A stretch of DNA of 64,000 nucleotides. Source: Ranitomeya imitator (taxonomy: Eukaryota). The stretch lies in contig NC_091282.1 in NCBI RefSeq assembly GCF_032444005.1, forward strand, positions 794,158,001 through 794,222,000. Direction: 5' to 3'. A program made the translations under genes and the position numbers. The stretch's first letter is position 1. Each line of letters begins with the position of its first letter. This document shows, in pieces, positions 56,692 to 64,000 of this stretch. A model generated the notes under the pieces. It was not told where the DNA came from and did no database searches. It saw only the letters and a list, made by a program, of their open reading frames with translations.

Positions 56692-57244
56692 TGTCTCAGG
56701 AAAAGGGGTTCATTCCCGGTCCAAACACTAGAGGTGCCCTAGATCGCCCTGTACCCCAAGTTACTTCTGGTGGTGAAGATGCTGGGGATGCGTACCTTGC
56801 CTTAGCTCCTGAATTCGCCCTCGGTCTGTACCCGTCCCCAACTCAGGGAAGAGGAGAGTAGTAGTAAAACCAAAGTAGGAGAAGAAAGGAAATTATCACA
56901 TATTCAAAACAAGCAACAGTCACAGATAAATCCACCAAACGCCATCTCCAATAATAACCACCAACAACCTCCAGTCTGGCAGCATAAGCTACTCTGACAA
57001 TAAGTGCTAGCCAGGGCCCAGATTATATAGGAGAATGGGAGTGGCTAACAGTGAACAGCTGAGAGCCTTAATGCTGAAAAGCTTCCAGGAGCTCTCAGGT
57101 CAGAAGATTAACCTCTGCACTGCCAAAAGAAACTTACACTGTTTTAATATTAAGGTGAAGTGCTTCTAATCAGTGCAGGAGAAGGAGAAATCAGTCAGAC
57201 ACTGCAGTTATCTGGCTCCTCTCTGTTGTGATAAACCTGTGACA
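56692..57244. mobile_element. Probable solo LTR
   Basis: Inverted termini TGTCTCAGG...CCTGTGACA; no TSD found. Confidence 0.4.
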
Positions 57245-57988
57245 GACATGCCTTAAGCTGATTGGCTGACTTTGGAAATGAGCATTTAATTTGAAATTTA
57301 AATCGTGAGTTTCACAAATCAAAAGTTGCCAAGAAAATGTGTGTAACATTCTGAGGAATCTTCTAGGATTGAACTCAATGTGTTTTAGACTCTTTAACGT
57401 AAATACAAATTAGGAATGTTAATGTGACCTCCAAATATCTGACTGTGGATAAACTGATGGTAACCGCTCTTCACTTCTAAGCTGTCACACACTACCTGTA
57501 CAGTTTATTCAGCGTTTTATGGTTTCTCTCTCTCTACCTCTATTGCTGAGCTGTGAGCCGTAATGTGCTCTCACTATCTAGATTCACTGTAAAATATTTG
57601 CTGCATTCCCTACCTCGGTTTTTATACAGGCTGATTTTTCCTCCTGATTCAATGTGCTATACCATGTCATGTGATAGCTGCCAGGCATTATGGGGAATAC
57701 CACATTGTTGCACCCAAGGTCATGTGATCCTTCTGTTGGTGATGCAGTTTTCTATATTGTGCAAAATGGTGGTGGTCATTTTAGATGATTTGCGCCAAAC
57801 GAAAAGAAACTTATTCATATTCATCTGGTTTAGAGAATTCATAGAAATGTTGCAAGACTTCAATTTGCCCTGAATCGATTTGCTCATCATAGTGACATCA
57901 TGACACTGGCAAAATGAGGTCACTAGTTCAAAGCTGGACATGCTTATGCCTTGCAGTCATCTTGATTCTTCGAAAACTGTCTCACTAA

Positions 57989-58306
57989 GGCTACGTTCAG
58001 ACTAGCGTTGTGCTAGTGTGCGTCGGGCGACGCAGCGGCGACGCACGCGTCATGCGCCCCTATGTTTAACATGGGGGACGCATGCGTTTTTGTTTGTTGC
58101 GTTTTGCGACGCATGCGTCTTTTTTGCCGCAAGCGTAGGACCAAGAAAACACAACAAGTTGCATTTTTCTTGCGTCCGATTTTCGGCAAAAAACGACGCA
58201 TGCGTCGCAAAACGCAGCGTTTTTGCGTGCGTTTTGCCGCATTTTTGCGTGCGTTGTGCGTTGCGTCGCCGACGCAGCGGCGCACAATGCTAGTCTGAAC
58301 GTAGCC
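57989..58306. mobile_element. Harbinger-type MITE (GGCTA family)
   Basis: GGCTACGTTCAGACTAGC...GCTAGTCTGAACGTAGCC; flanks TAA (57986-57988) and TTA (58307-58309); GACGCATGCGTC-rich palindrome. Confidence 0.85.
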
Positions 58307-59794
58307 TTACAGTGGCAAACAATGGGTAAGGTAGTTTGCATTAAATGGGTATTTCTAGGCAGGCAAAACTGAATGGGGCCTATGTTCAATGATTTGGGAC
58401 CTAAATTTTGTTTGCATGCTCGATCGTCCATATTATCGTATGGGATAAAAGGAAAAGCATCATAATAAAGAACCACTTCCTCTTGTACGTTCACTTTTCC
58501 ACAATTGTCCGTTGCCGCATCTGGTTTACCTGATCAGTTCGCCGCTGCCGTATCTGCGGATTTAGCTAACAAGGTTTTCTGTAACATTAATAGGGAACTG
58601 CCATGTTGATTAATGCTCCTCACCCAGCAACGCACCGAGTTATAGATCACTTGATATAAAACTTTGGTTACAGAAGTTTGCGGAGTTTTAGGATAAGGTC
58701 TGTTATGGATATTCCATTTCCGATGATGGAGTTTTATATTAAACATAAGTAGTAAAGCAGCAATTCTCTTCTCATAATTGTTAAAGTGAATTTAAATCAT
58801 TCCTCGACATTTACAGACCTGAGATTCATGGCCTCCAGACACAATGGAAATGGTAAATAAACAAGCCGAGCTAATGCATTTCCTTCCTCTACGGCGGTTC
58901 AGCCAATGACTCACTTAATAATGTCTGTAGAGAGCTCTCCCAGGACGACTATGTCATCAGAGTCTGCTCCTGTCTGCACACGATGAGACTATCCATCATT
59001 CACTCTCCTTTGAGGATTCATATGTAGGAGCCATTGGGTCTGTAAGCACTTGCATGGCGATTTATGGACAGTAGATGCATGTCAAACATGGCGGACTGCC
59101 CACTGCGGTCAATGTTATAATGTTCCTTTATGGAATCATCAACACCTGTGAAACGTTCATCTTCATCACTAATCCTAAAGCGTCATTCTGGCACTGTGTA
59201 TTACAGTAATATGTCTACTACACATGACCTTAATATGGCACTTATAGAAGTATATGGTCCCTATGATATTTCTGTATCTCTGAGGAACATATTGCAGTGG
59301 CATCGTCCATCTATTGGATGTACTCTTCGCAAAGACACAATATTTATAAAAGGTTTACTTATGGAAGCACCATATGTCGGCACATTTGAGCAACATTTCT
59401 TGGGGAGTTGATCTTTGCAAGAAGTTTCCTTATAGAAAAACCATATAGCGGCATACTAGAGCATTGCTTCTTGGTGAAATGATTTACATAAGAGGTCTCC
59501 TTATGGAAAAATGATATAGCGGCACACTGGAGCATTGCTTCTCAGGGAGACGATCTACGTAAGAGTTCTCCTTATGGAGAAACCATAGAGCGGCACACTG
59601 GAGCATTGCATCTTGGTGAGATGATCTACGTAAGAGATCTCCTTATGGAAAAACTATATAGCGGCACACTGGAGCATTGCTTTTTAGGGAGATGATCTAA
59701 GTAAGAGGTTTCCACATAGAAGCAACACTGTATGGCAGTACTATGGAGAATTGCTCTTGGGGAGGTGATTTTTTATAAAAGGCGTCCTTATGTA

Positions 59795-61402
59795 CAGTGG
59801 GGCAAAAAAGTATTTAGTCAGTCAGCAATAGTGCAAGTTCCACCACTTAAAAAGATGAGAGGCGTCTGTAATTTACATCATAGGTAGACCTCAACTATGG
59901 GAGACAAACTGAGAAAAAAAAATCCAGAAAATCACATTGTCTGTTTTTTTATCATTTTTTTTGCATATTATGGTGGAAAATAAGTATTTGGTCAGAAACA
60001 AACAATCAAGATTTCTGGCTCTCACAGACCTGTAACTTCTTCTTTAAGAGTCCCCTCTTTCCTCCACTCATTACCTGTAGTAATGGCACCTGTTTAAACT
60101 TGTTATCAGTATAAAAAGACACCTGTGCACACCCTCAAACAGTCTGACTCCAAACTCCACTATGGTGAAGACCAAAGAGCTGTCAAAGGACACCAGAAAC
60201 AAAATTGTAGCCCTGCACCAGACTGGGAAGACTGAATCTGCAATAGCCAACCAGCTTGGAGTGAAGAAATCAACAGTGGGAGCAATAATTAGAAAATGGA
60301 AGACATACAAGACCACTGATAATCTCCCTCGATCTGGGGCTGCACGCAAAATCCCACCCCGTGGGGTCAGAATGATCACAAGAACGGTGAGCAAAAATCC
60401 CAGAACCACGCGGGGGGACCTAGTGAATGAACTGCAGAGAGCTGGGACCAATGTAACAAGGCCTACCATAAGTAACGCAGCACGCCACCATGGACTCAGA
60501 TCCTGCAGTGCCAGACGTGTCCCACTGCTTAAGCCAGTACATGTCCGGGCCCGTCTGAAGTTTGCTAGAGAGCATTTTGATGATCCAGAGGAGTTTTGGG
60601 AGAATGTCCTATGGTCTGATGAAACCAAACTGGAACTGTTTGGTAGAAACACAACTTGTCGTGTTTGGAGGAAAAAGAATACTGAGTTGCATCCATCAAA
60701 CACCATACCTACTGTAAAGCATGGTAGTGGAAACATCATGCTTTGGGGCTGTTTCTCTGCAAAGGGGCCAGGACGACTGATCCGGGTACATGAAAGAATG
60801 AATGGGGCCATGTATCGTGAGATTTTGAGTGCAAACCTCCTTCCATCAGCAAGGGCATTGAAGATGAAACGTGGCTGGGTCTTTCAACATGACAATGATC
60901 CAAAGCACACCGCCAGGGCAACGAAGGAGTGGCTTCGTAAGAAGCATTTCAAGGTCCTGGAGTGGCCTAGCCAGTCTCCAGATCTCAACCCTATAGAAAA
61001 CCTTTGGAGGGAGTTGAAAGTCCGTGTTGCCAAGCGAAAAGCCAAAAACATCACTGCTCTAGAGGAGATCTGCATGGAGGAATGGGCCAACATACCAACA
61101 ACAGTGTGTGGCAACCTTGTGAAGACTTACAGAAAACGTTTGACCTCTGTCATTGCCAACAAAGGATATATTACAAAGTATTGAGATGAAATTTTGTTTC
61201 TGACCAAATACTTATTTTCCACCATAATATGCAAATAAAATGTTAAAAAAAAACAGACAATGTGATTTTCTGGATTTTTTTTTCTCAGTTTGTCTCCCAT
61301 AGTTGAGGTCTACCTATGATGTAAATTACAGACGCCTCTCATCTTTTTAAGTGGTGGAACTTGCACTATTGCTGACTGACTAAATACTTTTTTGCCCCAC
61401 TG
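59795..61402 (+). mobile_element. Complete Tc1 transposon (1608 bp) with long TIRs
   Basis: TA TSD (59793-59794, 61403-61404); about 210-bp near-identical TIRs starting CAGTGGGGCAAAAAAGTATTTAG. Confidence 0.95.
60162..61184 (+). CDS. Tc1 DD34E transposase, 340 aa, uninterrupted
   Basis: ATG 60162; paired-like HTH region; WSDETK; HDNDPKH followed by 34 residues to E in [11 protein letters not shown]; ends GYITKY. Confidence 0.95.
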   Translation: MVKTKELSKDTRNKIVALHQTGKTESAIANQLGVKKSTVGAIIRKWKTYKTTDNLPRSGAARKIPPRGVRMITRTVSKNPRTTRGDLVNELQRAGTNVTRPTISNAARHHGLRSCSARRVPLLKPVHVRARLKFAREHFDDPEEFWENVLWSDETKLELFGRNTTCRVWRKKNTELHPSNTIPTVKHGSGNIMLWGCFSAKGPGRLIRVHERMNGAMYREILSANLLPSARALKMKRGWVFQHDNDPKHTARATKEWLRKKHFKVLEWPSQSPDLNPIENLWRELKVRVAKRKAKNITALEEICMEEWANIPTTVCGNLVKTYRKRLTSVIANKGYITKY

Positions 61403-61594
61403 TAAGTAGCACCATATAACAGCATAATGGAGCATTGCTTCTCAGGGAGTTGATCTTTGTGAGAGGTCTCCTTATGGATATGCCACTATATGGCAGCACA
61501 CTGTAGCATTGCTACTAGAGGCAACGTTCTTTGTAATAGGTTTCCTTATGGAAGCACTCTTCACTGGCACACTGAGCTCATGGTTTTTATCAGG

Positions 61595-62345
61595 GAGAAA
61601 TTAAAAATCCTATATCTGGGCAAGAAAAATTAAAAAGCAAATACAGAATGGGAGGAATAAGGCTAAGCAACACCAAGTGTGAAAAATACTTGTGCAAACT
61701 AATAGATCACAGACTATACAGGAGTCAACAGTGTGATGCAGCAGCAAAAAAACAAACACAGTTCTAGGATGTATTAAGAGAATCGTAGAGTCTAGATCAC
61801 GTGAAATAATTATCCCCCTCTACTCCTCCTTGGTCAGACCTCATCTCGAATACTGTGTCCAGTTCTGAACACCACATTCTAAAAGACGCATTGAAAAAAC
61901 TGGAGCAAGTTCAGAGAATAACGACCAGGATGGTGAGTGGACTGCAAAGTATGTCCTACGAGGAACGGTTACAGGATTTGGGAATGTTTAGCTTGACAAA
62001 GAAGGCTAAAAGGAGACTTAATAGCTGTCTGCAAATATCTGAAGGGCTGTCACAGTGTAGAGGGATCATCATTATTCTCATTGCACATGGAAACACGGGA
62101 AGCAATGGAATGAAACTGAAAGGGAGAAGATACAGATTAGATATTAGAAAAAAACTTCTTGACAGCGAGGGCAATCAATGAGTGGGACAGGTTGCCACGA
62201 GAGGTGGTGAGTTTACCTTCAATGGAAGTCTTCAAGCGGGAGCTGTACAGACATCTGTCTGAGATGGTTTAGTGAATCATGCATTGAGAAGGTGGTTGGA
62301 CACAATGACCCCCGGAGGTCGCTTGTAACTCTACCATTCTATGTT
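61595..62345 (+). mobile_element. CR1 LINE 3' fragment (decayed RT C-terminus)
   Basis: [38 protein letters not shown]; CCATTCTATGTT tail. Confidence 0.85.
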
Positions 62346-62519
62346 AACTCTGTGGTGCAGAGAGATAAGAACTTCTTATGTCTTTTCCAGTTATGTGCAC
62401 ATATTTTCTCCCTGAACATGAGATCTTAGGATGGCTTAAATATATTGGTCAATATCCGCTGAACGTGAAATTCTAGGGAAAAGGCAACTAAAAGTGGATC
62501 ACGGTTCTAAGACACCCAC

Positions 62520-63660
62520 ACAGCTACATTATCTCCTGTGAGTCTCCTGACTTATCCAACTCTGCAACATTGCTGGACTCTGCTACATTATCTCTTATGT
62601 GTCTTCAAACATACACATCTCTGCTCTGTTGCTGGGTTTTGTTACATGATCTCTTGTGAGTCTTCTGACACACCCAACTTTGCTATGTCACTGGGTTCTG
62701 ATACTTTATCTCTTGTGAATTTCCTGACTTATCCAACTCTGCTACATTGCTGGACTCTGCTACATAATCTTTTATGCGTCATCAAACATACACATCTCTG
62801 CTCTGTTGCTGGGTTTTGTTACATGATCTCTTGGGAGTCTTCTGACACACCCAACTCTGCTATGTCACTGGGTTCTGCTACATTATCTCTTGTGAATCTC
62901 CTGACCTATCAAACTTTGCTACATTGCTGGACTCTGCTTCATTATCTCTTGTGAGTCTTCTAACATGCCCAGCCCCGCTCTGCCTCTGGATTCTGTTACA
63001 TGATCTCTTGCGATTATCCTGGCATAACAAGCACTGCTATGTCCCTGAACTCTGTCACACATTGCGGCTGTATCCTGAGGAAGAAATGGGTTCATTTTGA
63101 AATGTGTCGATAATAAAAAACGCATTACTACAGCTCTTGTGCATCTTGGATCCTTTCCATTGATCCACCAGGAGCGCCAAAAAATCCACCTTTCCTCTAA
63201 TATATTCTGGCATATTCTAGGTCTGCTACATTATCTCTTGTGAATTTCCAGACTTTTCCAATTCTGCTATGTTCCTGGGCTCTGCTACATTATCTCTTGT
63301 ATATATTTCTCTTTCATATCATATTCTAGGTCTGTTACATGATCTTGTTTCTTAACTTATCCAACACTGCTACTTTGCTGGACTCTGCTGCATTATCTCT
63401 TGTGAGTCTTATGACATATGCTAGGTCTGTTACATGACCTTGTGAGTTTCTTGACTTATCCAACTCTGCTATATTGCTGGCCTCTGCTTATATTGTCTCT
63501 TGTGCATCTTCAACATACCCAGCTCTGCTATGTCACTTAATTCTGTTTCATGATCTCTTGTGAGTATTCTTACATAACTAGCTCTGCAACGTCGCTGGGC
63601 TCTGCTACTTTATTTCTTGTGAGTCCCCTCACATCCCCAGCTCTGATATGTCGCTGGGCT
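62520..63660. repeat. Degenerate 57-60-bp tandem repeat with a duplication of about 177 bp
   Basis: Recurring CTGCTACATTATCTCTTGTGAGTC and CTTATCCAACTCTGCTA motifs. Confidence 0.75.
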
Positions 63661-64000
63661 GAATCGCCACAAGTGAGTTACCTGATAATCTGTCTCAGCT
63701 GTACATACATGATTCTGTTATAGCCCTGAATCCTGATCCATCTCTACCGAGAGTCTTCTGGCCTTGTCACATTTGCCACATTGATGAGACCATTGTACTG
63801 CGCCATTGTCCTGACCCTGCTTTGTAGGTCTTCTACAGCTTTTGTTCCTTCAGCTTCACCTCGCTGCATCAACATCATCAGTCTGTACTGGGTATCATCT
63901 GCACCAAGGTCTTCGGGGTCCATCTCACCTGGTGAGACGTGACAATATGTACCCAACATACAGGGATTAACAATAGTCAGTGCTTGTGTATGGGTCCGGG

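Larger units (their letters stand above)
59290..61575. repeat. 71-bp minisatellite interrupted by the Tc1 at 59795
   Basis: TTATGG anchor at 59359, 59501, 59572 and 59643 (TTATAG at 59430); further units at 61405-61575. Confidence 0.8.

Overview
Vertebrate repeat-dominated genomic window. The element repertoire (Tc1, hAT, piggyBac, Harbinger-type MITEs, L2/CR1 LINEs, V-type tRNA SINE, Gypsy-like LTRs, Penelope-type hairpin inserts, 86-bp satellite) points to an anuran amphibian; this is inference. No host gene could be identified. Two long ORFs are intact: an L2 LINE ORF2 (17804-20980, minus) with a hydrophobic leader and a 2A-like GDISPNPGP motif ahead of the endonuclease, and a 340-aa DD34E Tc1 transposase (60162-61184) in a complete TA-flanked element. 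Much of the window resolves into nested insertions bounded by target-site duplications (TSDs). The clearest stack is 86-bp satellite > hAT (27231-43121) > solo LTR plus Tc1 (30876-42338) > a 3.5-kb foldback element with a 6-bp TSD, a hammerhead-bearing Penelope-type insert, and a piggyBac derivative. Four short non-coding inserts (4192, 24707, 35903, 47499) share one architecture: TSD, inverted arm, spacer, arm, unpaired tail, TSD. One of them has a near-canonical hammerhead ribozyme and another a degenerate one. There is one assembly gap (38701-38926). Most short ORFs in the supplied track are repeat or transposon artefacts. All boundaries were read by eye; those without a quoted TSD are approximate.
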